From Eutreptiella sp. 'Long Island Sound 2002' (Eukaryota > Protista > Euglenida), in contig OZ038378.1 in assembly GCA_964036045.1 (NCBI GenBank), positions 74,958,001-75,022,000 of the forward strand: 64,000 nucleotides of DNA, written 5' to 3'. Below the pieces are notes generated by a model, which was given only the letters and a program-made list of their open reading frames with translations, made no database searches and was not told the origin of the DNA. Below are positions 38,724-49,775 of this stretch, one piece after another; positions within the stretch are counted from its first letter, which is position 1, and every line of letters begins with the position of its first letter. The translations under genes and the position numbers were made by a program.

Positions 38724-40194
38724 CCGCACGCGCGTGTCCACGTTCTCCTTGATCGCCGCCAACGCTTGCCGCAATTGCGAGGTCGGCCTGCGCTCACGCT
38801 CCGCTAGCACTGCCCGAACGGCAGATTGTTGGTGCCGCTGCGCTTCGTCCTCGCACTTGACGCGTAGGGCGCCAGGCCGCGACAGCGTTTGGCCAACGAC
38901 GAAGCCATGGTATTTGCCTTCGTCCTCGACCACATAGATGCCGTCGCGGAGGATTCGGGTCCAATTGGCCCGAAAGAGGACGGTGTCCTTGCGGGGAGTC
39001 GCCCTCACCTCGCCAAGGCCGTGGTCGGCCCAACGCTCAAAATTGAGGTGCCAATGGCAACTCCCCGCACTGATAGAGCCCGCGGTTAGAAATTTGCCCC
39101 CCTGCGCCTTGCTGGGGAGCCAGTCGTTGGGGAGGGGTGCCGTGCGCCCTGTCCCCGGCCCGGTCACCCAGGACACCGGGACCCCCCCTGGCGCGGACCC
39201 CTCCTCCCGGCGCCAGCGGCAATCACGCTGCTCCTTGCAGTGCAGTTGCTTGTGCAGGAAGCGCTGCAGCAGCCAACGGAGCGTGTAAATGGTGGGGTGG
39301 GGGGCTCGTAGGACACAGGCGTCCAGGGGGGGGGGGGGGGGCTACCATCTCCCTCGTTTCGAGAAAAAACTGGCAGCTTTTGCTGCCAGGGATGAGCCAA
39401 GTCGGTTGCGCATCCAATCCGTAATGTGCAAGACGACGCCGGCGTCATCCCCCTCCCCCTCCCCATCCCCATCCCCCTCCCCATCCCCATCCCCCCCCCC
39501 CCTCTTCTTCCTCTCTCTTAACCCCCGGGTTAGCCCTCCGCTCTTCATCCTTCTCATCCACCACCACCTCACCCAGCTCCACAATGTCATCGTCGTTGAC
39601 ACCCCCTTCCTGTTTCACCTGCACCTCCCCACCCATGCCCTGCAACTCCCTTTCAAGCACCTCCACCGCCTTCTGCGCCTCCCTTACCCGCCGGTTCCCC
39701 TCGACACCCCTCTCGCCCGCGTGCCGCCCCCCGGTGATGTCCCCACGCCGCCGGCACTCCGCCAATTTCGCAGACCATTTTTTCACCTGGCGGCGGAGGC
39801 TTTCAACATTGCCCCTCGCCTCTTGCAGCTCCCCCAGAACCACGGCGTGCTCCCGAACCCCCCCCCCCCCCGTTACTCATTGAGCTCCCATTCGAGGGCT
39901 CGGGCAACTGGGGGCGATGCGCTTGGAGAGGCGCGACTGGCGCGGCCCCTTGTGGGGCAGGCCGTGGCGGCTCCGATGGCCGGTGAGCGGGGGTTGCCCA
40001 CGGAGGATGTTTGGGAGCGCCCTGAGGTGGGGGAGGGGCTGGCGAAGCCAGCGCAGAGCTGCTGCGTGGCTCGGGGCGCGTGGCCCCCTGTGCCCCTAGT
40101 GGGGCTGGCGGGGGTGGTGCAGCTAGTGCTGCCCCCAGGGCCTCGGTCTCGGTCATCCCGTCCTGCAGACAAGGATGCCGGAGAGAGGCCAACC

Positions 40195-40374
40195 CTACCC
40201 AGACACCTTGTTCCGGCGACGTTCCAACAACCTGTTCCGGCGACGTTCTGGCGACGTTCCAGTGGCCGCTGGAACGTCGCCAGAACGTCGCCGGAACAGG
40301 TTGCTGGAACGTCGCCCGAACAGTGGAAAATAGGCACAGTTCCGCGCGCGCACAGGGCGCACTGCGTGCACTAC
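40195..40374 (-). other. Probable GT-AG intron with inverted GTTCCGGCGACGTTC repeats
   Basis: Donor GTAGTG at 40374, 22 nt after the ATG at 40396; acceptor GGGTAG at 40195. The interior is a hairpin of the same motif. Confidence 0.55.
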
Positions 40375-40403
40375 GGCCCCGTGGGGGGGGGGACATCCAC
40401 TAC

Positions 40404-40805
40404 AAAGAATCCTAGCCCCTTTATGGGCATGGGGCACGAACAATCACTGGGGGTTCTTGGGTTTTCCCCTTCCCCTGGACAACAAAGAATCCTAGCCCCT
40501 TTATGGGCATGGGGCACAAATAATCACTAGGGGTTCTTGGGTTTTCCCCTTCCCCTAGACAACAAAGATTCCTAGCCCCTTTATGGGCATGGGGCACAAA
40601 TAATCACTGGGGGTTCTTGGTTTTTCCCCTTCCCCTGGACAACAAAGATTCCTAGCCCCTTTATGGGCATGGGGCACAAATAATCACTGGGGGTTCTTGG
40701 GTTTTCCCCTTCCCCTGGACAACAAAGATTCCTAGCCCCTTTATGGGCATGGGGCACAAATAATCACTGGGGGTTCTTGGGTTTTCCCCTTCCCCTCAAC
40801 AACAA
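40404..40805. repeat. Tandem repeat, 5 x 80 bp, near-identical
   Basis: Unit AAAGATTCCTAGCCCCTTTATGGGCATGGGGCAC...CCCCTGGACAAC starts at 40404, 40484, 40564, 40644 and 40724. No spacers. Confidence 0.95.
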
Positions 40806-40929
40806 ATCATCAAATTGCTAAAGAGCAAAGAGCAATAGGGACACAGGGTGGAGCGGGGGGAGCAGGGCAGGCAGGGACACACAAACCCAACGCACTGATT
40901 TGCACTGCGCGCAAAGCGCGCCAAAGCAT

Positions 40930-41095
40930 ACACCCAAACCCAAACCCAAACCTAGGCCCAAACCAAATCCCGCACCCGAACCCACACCCAACCCCTAGCC
41001 CAAACCCAAGCCCAAACCCACACCCAAGCCCAAACCCACACCCAGCCCCAAGCCCAAACCCAAGCCCAAACCCCCACCCAAGCCCAAACCCGCAA
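40930..41095 (+). repeat. Degenerate CCCAAA/CCCAAG/CCCACA hexamer microsatellite
   Basis: Direct reading; overlaps the 3' end of the transposase frame. Confidence 0.85.
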
Positions 41096-43097
41096 ACCTG
41101 CATATTCTTGGTGGCCTTCAGAAGCGCCAACATCATTTGCATCATATCTGCGCTGACGGGCGCGGCCATGGATAGGAGCAGAAGAAAGAAGAGAGCTGAG
41201 GAACGGGGGTGGTGCAGAGGGGGTGGTCTCTAGTGCAGCCCTCGGAACACAAGGCACATGTCGAACAGCATCATGTTGGTGGAGATGAATGTGAAAGTAC
41301 AAGAAAACCCATTGCAACACTTGCCGCAGGGCGTCGGCGTCCAAATCAATGGATGCCTGCGAGCGACAGCAGCTGGCGGTCCCAGTAGCCGTTTGCCGGC
41401 CACCGCCCCGGGCACTGTGTTCGTTGAAAGCCTGCTTCAGGAAGCGGTTAAGGCTTTCGACAATGTCATTGGAGAACATTGCCAATCCGAACGGCCAAAT
41501 GTTGCCAATACGCGATCCGCATCCTCCTCCAGGAACAGGAGGTAATGGGATGCGGACCTAGGAGCACAATGCTCCCGGAAGGCAGCTGCCGCTGCCCGGC
41601 ATTGGGGACGCGTACCCACCTCATAGGTGTGGTACAGGTCCTTCAAAAGCTTCGCCATCCCCATCACAGCCCTATAGAGGGGCTCCTCCGGCCCAACCGG
41701 CAGCAACAATGCAACATCGGGCCAAGCCGCAAACAGGCGCGACGTCTCCTCACCATCCGGGGAACAATCCTTGCCTAGGCGGCACCCAGTGCGATGCTCA
41801 TGCAATACCGCCTGAATCGCCGCACGGGACACCTCATCGCCCCCGGCTAGCCGCTCTGCCGCCAACCGCTCAATGTTGGTCATTTGCAACCGGCCCATCG
41901 CCATGCAATAGTGCAGAATGCACATGACAACGCGGCACCGGGCAATGACCACCACTGGTTCCACGGAACAACCTGCGGCCTTCAGCGATGGTGTTCCCAA
42001 CAAGAAGGACGTCCGCTGTGTGTGGTCCGACTCGGTGGTCCGGACCACGTCTTTGCCCCGCCACACAGCGGCGTCGGAGTCCCAAATCCCCTCGTTGTAT
42101 AGTGACCCCACTTGTGGGGCCGGTGTGATCCCGATAATGCGGCGCACTCAGGGGGAATCATCACCGAGCCAGGCATCGGCCGCTTCCTCATGGGAATTGA
42201 AGACCACCAAGTGGGTGTCCACGACCTCCTGGATGGCCTAAGAAAAAAACATCAATTTTGTTGGAACCAGATTGTTCCGGTGGCGGTTCCAACGAAACAC
42301 TTGAACGTCGCCGCAACGTCGCCGGAACAAGTTATCGGAACGTCGCCGGAACAACACGATGTGTGCGCGGCACACCTTAAAATTGTCTTCCCAAAGGGTT
42401 GCTAGGGTCGCCATCGCTTTGTCCCCGCAAATTGCGAGGCCGATGACCCACATGCAGGCGGGAATTCGTCCCCAAAGGCCCATGTTGGCGATGGACACAG
42501 ACAATTGGGACCACTCCCCGCCTGCGCAGGGGTAGCCATCCCCCCTGACAATGAAAGTCAGGGGGAACGACCAATCGATCATGCGGCACAACGGGGGTTG
42601 GCTAGCAATGTAGCGCAGCCATGATGCCCACGGCCAACTGATGCCCGTGGCCTTGGGATCCGAAGTGCTCACCGCGGGGGCCAGCTCCAAGGGGGCCAGT
42701 AGATCTTGCCAGCGCTGCTGGAAAGCCCTCTCAGGGCAAATCGGACGGGCGAATTGAAGGCCCGTGGTCGCGGTGTACTTCAGCCCCCGGAGGGTGTACA
42801 CTTCCGAGAGTGTGCGCCAAGCGGATTTGGGCGCACGCAGGTTGATGATAAGCTCGCAACACTCATCGGGGGGAGCACCTCGGAGGCGTACTTGGCGATT
42901 GCCCCCTGCTTATCTCTTACACAGCTTGGTTGGGCCAAGCGCACGGCCACCGCAAATTGGCGGCGGGCGTGTGGAGAGGAGATGGCCCATTCCGCTATGA
43001 GCTCCCCAACAAGATCCCCGTCCCGGAGGCTAACAGCACTAGCCAAATGGACGAGGTGGGTGGTTAGTTGCGCAACGCGGGTTTGCGATCTAGGCAT
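40952..43097 (-). pseudogene. DDE transposase relic with RAG1/Transib-like motif order
   Basis: FIVRGDGYP (D at 42538-40), WLGDDSP*VRRIIGI (D ~42160; TGA at 42148-50), CILHYCMAMGR (~41900), PDGEETSRLF, SHYLLF...FGLAMFSNDIVESLNRFLK (E at 41456-58). One intron; frameshifts near 42850 and 41500. Confidence 0.7.
42238..42375 (-). other. GT-AG intron (phase 0, ...DNFK|AIQEV...) with GAACGTCGCCGGAAC repeats
   Basis: Donor GTGTGC at 42375, acceptor TTTTTTTCTTAG at 42238. Splicing keeps the frame between the first and second catalytic Asp motifs. Confidence 0.8.
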
Positions 43098-43639
43098 GAT
43101 GAAGCTACAACAATGAACTACGAAGCGAAATTTGGCAATGCATACCTCTAGGGGAAGATGCCCGTAGACCCACCGAGCATTCAGGCAAGGAACAAATACC
43201 AAAATGGGACCCTAGGCATGGCCACAATGCACAAATCAAACGGGAGAATGGGGACGCCAACGTTGAAAAGTCATACAATGCCGTGTCTCAACTACAAGAA
43301 ACAGCAGGCTTGCAAATGGATACGAAAAGTTCGAAATGTGTACACCTAGTGGAAGGTGGCACCAACGGCTCACAAGATGTCAACATGGCCCCGATGGGAA
43401 AGACAAACCTTGGACGCGTTATACATGCAAGAAAGAGACAAAAAACATCATTTACGAACTTGGAAACTGATGGTGATGGATCTGGTTATCTGGCCTGCGA
43501 CACTTGTTCCAGTGGTGTTCCCAACGAGATTGTTCCGGCGGGAATTGTTCCCATTGGGAATATTCCAGTCGGGAACAACATTGGGTTTCAAACGCGTACC
43601 AAGGGATAGAGAACGGTGTTACTCCAACCCACATGTCGC

Positions 43640-44400
43640 ACATGCTGGGGTAGTTCTCTCCGTCCCCAAGATCAGGATGCACTACCAGCACATTTTTTGT
43701 CAGATCACTCAGCACAACTGCTTACCTCTTGTTATTGTAGTTACAAAGAATTTCGAGGAAATCACATGAGCACCTGGCGTCACGATAGAAAATGCAACAA
43801 AGACAACAAGGCACGGATATCATGAAGGGACGACAACGCAAAGAATTGCATGTACAGTGCAAGAAGGCAGAATGGACTTGGATCTCTCAGTCAAAACGAA
43901 ATCACTTACTGGATCATTGGTCACGCCGCGCTTCATGGGCAATGAACAGTCTTCCTTGCGCTCTTTAGTGGCAGTGGCCAGGCTTCATCGGCACACCCTA
44001 GCTTGAAATCTGACGGCTCCCACCGTCTCACGTGACATGGCAGAGATTTTACTTGGCATAGATATCTTGCATTCTCTTAAAGCCTCGAAACAGCTTCGCC
44101 ATCAAGCCTTCTTCACCCAGCTTCAAGATGAACTTCCAGCATCCGTAATCAGTGAATGAGAGCTAGCATCACCGGATGTATTTGGCAAGCCTCTCAACAG
44201 TGGCCCAGCCTTCCGGACAAGCTCTCTGCAAGTGTCATATCTCACAGCCCATGGCGCAAGCTTCCTTTGAAACAGACTTTCTTTCATCGCTTCGAGAGTC
44301 GTTGGACCCACGACATCGAGGTGTCTTCTTAACCCCACGAGGGGAGTTGCCAACATCAGTCATAATAAATGAAGAACAAGTTTTCCCCCAAATAGCATGA
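43640..44400 (+). pseudogene. Decayed unidentified coding sequence with an internally repeated ...RH..F..L.DELP..VISE motif
   Basis: MAEILLGIDILHSLKASKQLRHQAFFTQLQDELPASVISE (~44037) and MAQASFETDFLSSLRESLDPRHRGVFLTPRGELPTSVI (~44250). Stops and frameshifts are present. Confidence 0.4.
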
Positions 44401-44639
44401 GAGGCATGGAGGGTCTGGTGGTATGCGCCATCGGTGGCGCTCGTCGCCGTCCAGGGTTGGAACCCCCACATGTACCACCGGAGCCTAGCATAGAGCATTG
44501 CAAGAGAGAGCAATATTCTTCAATCACCGGGGCAATTTTCGGGGATACCCGGCGAGGTGCATGTGATATGCTTCGGTCGGGTCGCTTCATCTATTTTAGA
44601 TACGGCTGGGTACGACTCCCGGAAAACCGCTCGGAAGTA

Positions 44640-44700
44640 TTGGCAGCCAGCTAGAGCCCCTAAATGCAACCAATATCGCTTGGAATGTACTAGGAACCTT
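44640..44700 (+). repeat. Direct repeat shared with ~47490-47545 (TTGGCAGCCAGCT...AAATGCAACCAATATCGCTTGGAAT)
   Basis: Near-identical ~50 bp in both places, bracketing the 246-bp array. Confidence 0.7.
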
Positions 44701-46139
44701 CCGGCCGAGGTTCCATGGAATGCTCGGAAGAAATTTTGGTGGCTTCTGTGGAACCTGAACCTATTGGAACGTTAGTTGGATGCTTGGTGCATACTTTGCC
44801 TGCAAGGTGGTCGATGAACAAAGATTTTGCAAAGGTTTTGGGTCTACAGGATTGTGTATAGCGACCAAATTGGCCATGAGACATCGGACATCAAACTTTT
44901 ATGGACACCCATTACCCAAAGCATAAACCCACCTACCCCACCCCGTGTCAAGATGCACTACATCAGATCCCCCCCCCCCTTCTAAAACCCACATGAGACG
45001 TTCCGATGGAAGATGACCCCCCCCCACACACACACTGGTAAGAACCCCCCCCCCCCCGCCCCCTTGGCCCTTTGCATCCTTCCATCCCCCAATCTTGGGT
45101 GCTTTCATGCACCCCCCCCCTTGAAAACAAGTGTCCCGAAAAGTATGGAAGCCCACTGTTTAATTGCATTTGATTCCCGACCCATTGATAGAACATGTAA
45201 AAGCCATGCCGAGTGCATGCACGTTGAAGCTTGTGTGCCAACCATGGCGTTGGCACATAGGTTGACACACCACAACAACATAGCCACACACCAATTGGAG
45301 CCTTGGTGTTGTGTCATGCTATGCTTGCGTGCCTCTGCGAAGAGGGCAAAACTTTTGACCCCCCCCACCTTGCTGAACAAATTTGGTGGGACTACCATCA
45401 CCCATGTCTTGCTTTTAGGCTTGGCATTGGCGTTGTGCTTGAAAGTGTACATCAATTCGTATGTGACTCTTATGTTCTTGGCTGTGTGTGTGCTTTGCTT
45501 TCCTTTGTGCACCCTGCCCGAGGGCACCACCCCCCTCCTGCCCAAGGAAAGCCCCCTCCCCCTTGAAGCCATAGGGATGGATTTACTTTGCGGGTGGGGT
45601 TTCTGATAGTGCATGAATTGCAACCTGCTGAATCATCCCGTCCTTCGATCTTCTCACCACTGTCTTATTCAGGCTGCAGTCACTTTGCGTCATGCACACT
45701 GGGAAGCCTACGGGCGTTGCAGTCTCCCACATCATAACCTGGATTCAGACTCAGCAAATCCTCACTACGTGTCAAATCCGCTAGCATCGTCATTTCTGGG
45801 ATCATTGTAGCATTGGACAACTCTGAAAGGGTAGGCCACGCGAAATGCACCCGGTAAGCTTTGTTAGGATAAAATGGCCCCCGCCCTACGTTCTATGAGA
45901 GAATGGGCAGAGTCCTCTAGTTAAGCTTGCTTGCTTGGTAGGAGGTTTGTTTGACCTCTTGAGAGGTAGTCCCTAAGATCCGTATAATACGGGGAGGGGC
46001 TATTTGACTGGCTAGTGGGGCAAACCTCCTGTTTGTTATTGTCACATGTTGGTAAGGGCAAGGGTGATTGGTGCATACGTCCCCCAACCAAAAAAGGGGG
46101 CACCGATCACAAAACAAAATACAACTTGAAACCCAGCGG

Positions 46140-47245
46140 GCGCCGGCTATCCGCCCCCTTTTTCTTCTCATGTGGTACCCACATTGTTGTGTTTTGAAAA
46201 GGGCGGATAGTCGAGCAATTTTAGGGGCTATGGGGTGTCAAAATAGCGTCAATTTTGGCTTCAAAAGCACTCACATCCACTCACTAGTGCCCGGGGCATT
46301 GCAATGCCCCAACCACCTGTGAGTGGGGCACAGTGCTTTGGGGGCCAAAACCGAAGCTATTTTGGCACACCACAGGCCCCAAAAGTGCTCGAGTATCCGC
46401 CCCCTTTTTCTTCTCATGTGGTACCCACATTGTTGTGTTTTGAAAAGGGCGGATAGTCGAGCAGTTTTAGGGGCTATGGGGTGCGAAAATAAGTTCAATT
46501 TTGGCTCCAAAAGCATTGTGATCCACTCACTAGTGCCCGGGGCATTGCAATGCCCCAACCACCTGTGAGTGGTTCACAGTGCTTTGGGGGCCAAGACTGA
46601 AGCTATTTTGGCTCACCACAGGCCCCAAAAGAGCTTGACTATCCGCCCCCTTTTTCTTGTCATGTGGTACCCACATTGTTGTGTTTTGAAAGGGGTGGAT
46701 AGTCGAGCGGTTTTAGGGGGTGTGAAAATAGCTTCAATTTTGGCTACAAAAGCATTGTGATCCACTCACAGGTGCCCGGGGTATTACAATGCGCCAACCA
46801 CCTGTGAGTGGATCACAGTGCTTTGGGGCCCAAAACTTAAGCCATTTTGGCACACCACAGGCCCCAAAACTGCTGGACTATCCGCCCCCTTTTTCTTCTT
46901 ATGTGGTACCCACATCGTTGTGTTTTGAAAGGGGCGGATAGTCGAGCAGTTTTGGCTGTTGTGGGGTGTGAAAATAGCTTCAATTTTGGCTCCAAAAGCA
47001 TTGTGATCCACTCACTAGTGCCCGGGGCAGTGCAATGCCCCAACCACCTGTGAGTGGACCACAGTGCTTGAGGGGCCAAAACCAAAGGTATTTTGGCACA
47101 CCACAGGCCCCAAAAGTGCTTGACTATCCGCCCCCTTTTTCTTCTCATGTGGACCCCACATTGTTGTGTTTTGAAAGGGGCGGATAGTCGATCAGTTTTG
47201 GGGGCTGTGGGGTGTGAAAATAGCTTCCATTTTGGCTCCAAAAGC
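46140..47245. repeat. Tandem array, ~4.4 x 246 bp, each unit made of two long hairpins
   Basis: ATCCGCCCC starts at 46149, 46395, 46641, 46880 and 47126. Inverted pairs TATCCGCCCC.TTTT/AAAAGGGCGGATA and AAAGCATTGTGATCCACTCAC/GTGAGTGGATCACAGTGCTTT. Confidence 0.92.
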
Positions 47246-48249
47246 GCACCTTCGTGCTGCCCCGGTGGTTAATACCGGTGTTTCGAATTTTTCAGCATCA
47301 GCATTGCCAACAACGTATCTTTCGAAATGGATTCACCGTTCCAATTCAGGACAAATATTGTTTTCTTTTTTCGTATCTTGCTTTGCTGAGGTTAGGTATA
47401 TAGGTGGACAACATTGCCCTTTGGAAATGTAGCAAATTTCAATGGAAAATCGCATGGCTGTTTTCAAAGTTGCCCGGAGAAATGCTTGGTAGTTTTGGCA
47501 GCCAGCTCGGGACCCAAAATGCAACCAATATCGCTTGGAATATTCTATGGACATTCTAGCCAACCGACCCCGGATAGCTACGAAGAAATTTTCGCGCCGA
47601 TTTTTGAACTGTACCGTGCGATACGAGCCCCATTAGGTGACCATACGTGCTCCGTGCTTCCAAAAATCCCCTGCAAAATGCCCAGCTTTTTCCTGTGATA
47701 TTTTACCTTCTATGCTATGCGTTCAAGCGCCATGTGCGGTTCGTTTGTCCGTGCGGGGGCCCGTTGGCGAGGTCCCTGCGACCGCCCCCTTCAGCATCCC
47801 CCTCCACCACCGGTAACGCCGCTAGATAGGCGGTGTGTCGCGTTCTCGTAGTTTTTTATTTTGCGATTGTCCAGTCTAGATCTAAGAGCACGCAGACTAA
47901 CAAGGCACCAGGCACATCACACCTGCAGCAGTGCCCCCCGTCACCGGTACCGCCGGCCGACGGGAGCCGCATCTCCTCGTCGTATTCCCCTTGAGGGATT
48001 CGAACCAGCGTCTTGAGGGCAACTGCTGGCCGCACGACCGCTGCAGTGCGAGGCCAAAAACCCATCTTAGGAGGTGTTACCTTTGAGCAAGCCAGTGTCG
48101 TAGTGCCGTCATGACATCATGACGCACGGAGGCATTGGCTTTGGATAGCTGTCGTCATGACATCCTGACTCACGGAGGGATTGGCTATCGATAGCTTAGA
48201 ACTATACCAGGGATAGACATCAATCGCACATATTTCACTCCACATTTCT

Positions 48250-49770
48250 GGGGAGAACACGGATCACGCAAGGAACAAGGGAGGAGAGCATGAAAGTATC
48301 CAGGTCGCAAGCAAATCATGACAACACAAAGAACTAAGAATGCCAAGCAGCAAAGAATTCATTCGTTCTCATCATCGTGACACATGCATCATCTTTATGA
48401 ACACTTTCTTCACCAGCAATAGACCAGCTTCATGGCAAGACATCGTTATCATTGGCAGTGGCCCAGCTTTCCGGGCAAACTCTCTTGCAAATGTCATATC
48501 TCACAGCCCATGGCACAAGCTTTCTTTGGAACAGACGTCCTCTCATCGCTTGGAGAGTCGTCAGATCCACGGCATCGAGGTCTCTTCTCAACCCTTCGAG
48601 ATGAGTTGCCGGCATTAGTGATAAGTGAAGCACAAATGTCCATACCCTCTGCGTTCCACAAGCCTGCCAAACTTGTTTGTGATGCAGTGAGATGGCTGAC
48701 AGGACGTGGAAAGATTAGTCATGTAGCAGGCATCTCCAAAACTCTCACACCATATGGGATGCTCCTCACAGCGTCTTCGGATATCCAAATGGACACAGAA
48801 AAGACCTCTCTTGGGACTACGTCCCACTGGCAATCTTGAAGTCGCCAACGCTTCTTTACAATGTGCAGCAGCAGCCAATGGAAATACAGCGACTTGTTCA
48901 TCAATGGGATCCCGCATATCGTGCGATTGCGAACAAACACATCAGAAATTTCTTGCAAAAACACCTCAAACCACCGGATGCGGAGATCAATAAAGTCACG
49001 GCAGCTGTGATGAAAGAACATCTCTAGGACCCAATCAGAGATTACCTTCCGCAGCATGAACGGAAAGTATGGGCAGAATGGCAAAAGCATGGTCACAATC
49101 AGAGTCTAGAGCACATCGTGGCTCTACCCAAGTTGCTCCCGGCGAAGACCACATCGATTTTAACAGCAGAGGATCACCACCAGCCGAGTTTGCATATTTT
49201 GTCATGGCTTGTTGATCATGTAGCCCCGCCGCATCTCAGGACTCTCCACAAACTCAAAGGACAGATACCATCTATCTCAATTGCCAAATAGCAGCCGATG
49301 AACTCTATTCTCTTTATGAACAGAGCCAATGATCTCTATCGGATTCATGGATCAGGAGAAATCTCGTGCGTCACCCCTCCAACATATGCACTCATGATAC
49401 CAAATAATGCATATCCAATGTCATCGGATCACATTGACTTGCTCTCTAAGCCATCAGCTATTTTTTCGTTCACTTCATCGGTAGATGATGACACACTCTC
49501 AGCGTCAAGATCACGTTCAACAATGAACTTATTTGCTGACATCGATTCGGTCTCTCGAGCATAATTTGACTGCGTGCAAATCGAGAGTGCAGAGAATCGC
49601 AAGTAGGCACAAGCACATCGACAACAAATGGAAACTCTCTCACAGGCCTTTCAGATGTGGAGCAACAAGGCTTTACTCCTGTCCACAACCAAAGATGATC
49701 ATACCCTCACTAATTTCGCTTCTACCATGCCTCATTTGGTTTCACTTGTCTAGAAATCACATGAATGGAA
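48250..49770 (+). pseudogene. Decayed unidentified coding sequence, paralogous at its start to 44130-44400
   Basis: MAQAFFGTDVLSSLGESSDPRHRGLFSTLRDELPALVISE followed by long helical-looking frames (WDPAYRAIANKHIRNFLQKHLK...) with scattered stops. Confidence 0.4.
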
Positions 49771-49775
49771 ACGTC

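Larger units (their letters stand above)
37308..40396 (-). pseudogene. Multi-exon accessory gene of the transposon: Ser/Pro-rich, coiled-coil, central globular region, Pro-rich linker, Tudor/chromo-like C-terminal domain, acidic tail
   Basis: Protein-like exons (VLGELQEARGNVESLRRQVKKW; IYTLRWLLQRFLHKQLHC; HWHLNFERWADHGLGEV; VEDIQVNPSDPRAVRVILRW; KYKAGEQVYVVFRDNGQWGIEQG) joined by GT-AG introns. Frame breaks at poly-G/C runs. Confidence 0.65.
36917..43605 (-). mobile_element. 6.7-kb two-gene DNA transposon with 37-bp TIR and 2-bp TSD
   Basis: TATCCCTTGGTGCGCGTTTGAAACCCAATGTTGTTCC (36914-36950) vs its reverse complement at 43572-43608, 1 mismatch. The TSD is AT if the ends are CCC/GGG (36917-43605) or GA if the ends are TATCCC/GGGATA (36914-43608). 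GTTCC/GGAAC subterminal repeats at both ends. Confidence 0.85.

Noticed and set aside
37308-39176. 622-aa ORF as a single uninterrupted CDS
   Set aside because: It reads through a predicted intron (38510-38723) and changes coding frame, so only parts are likely real exons.
40404-40805. Possible CRISPR array
   Set aside because: Units are contiguous and near-identical with no unique spacers, there are no cas genes, and the context is eukaryotic.
44123-44356. Minus-strand reading GLRRxLD...FQRKLxPWAVRYD conserved with 48430-48633 as a SAP-like domain
   Set aside because: The similarity follows from the DNA duplication. The plus-strand frame better explains a third, more diverged repeat copy at ~44037.
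44953-45614. Possible MITE with ATGCACTA..TCAGA inverted ends
   Set aside because: The inverted match is short and gapped and there is no TSD; it could be chance.
46140-47245. Possible CRISPR array or integron attC cassette array
   Set aside because: The sequence between hairpins is conserved, not variable, and there are no cassette ORFs or integrase.
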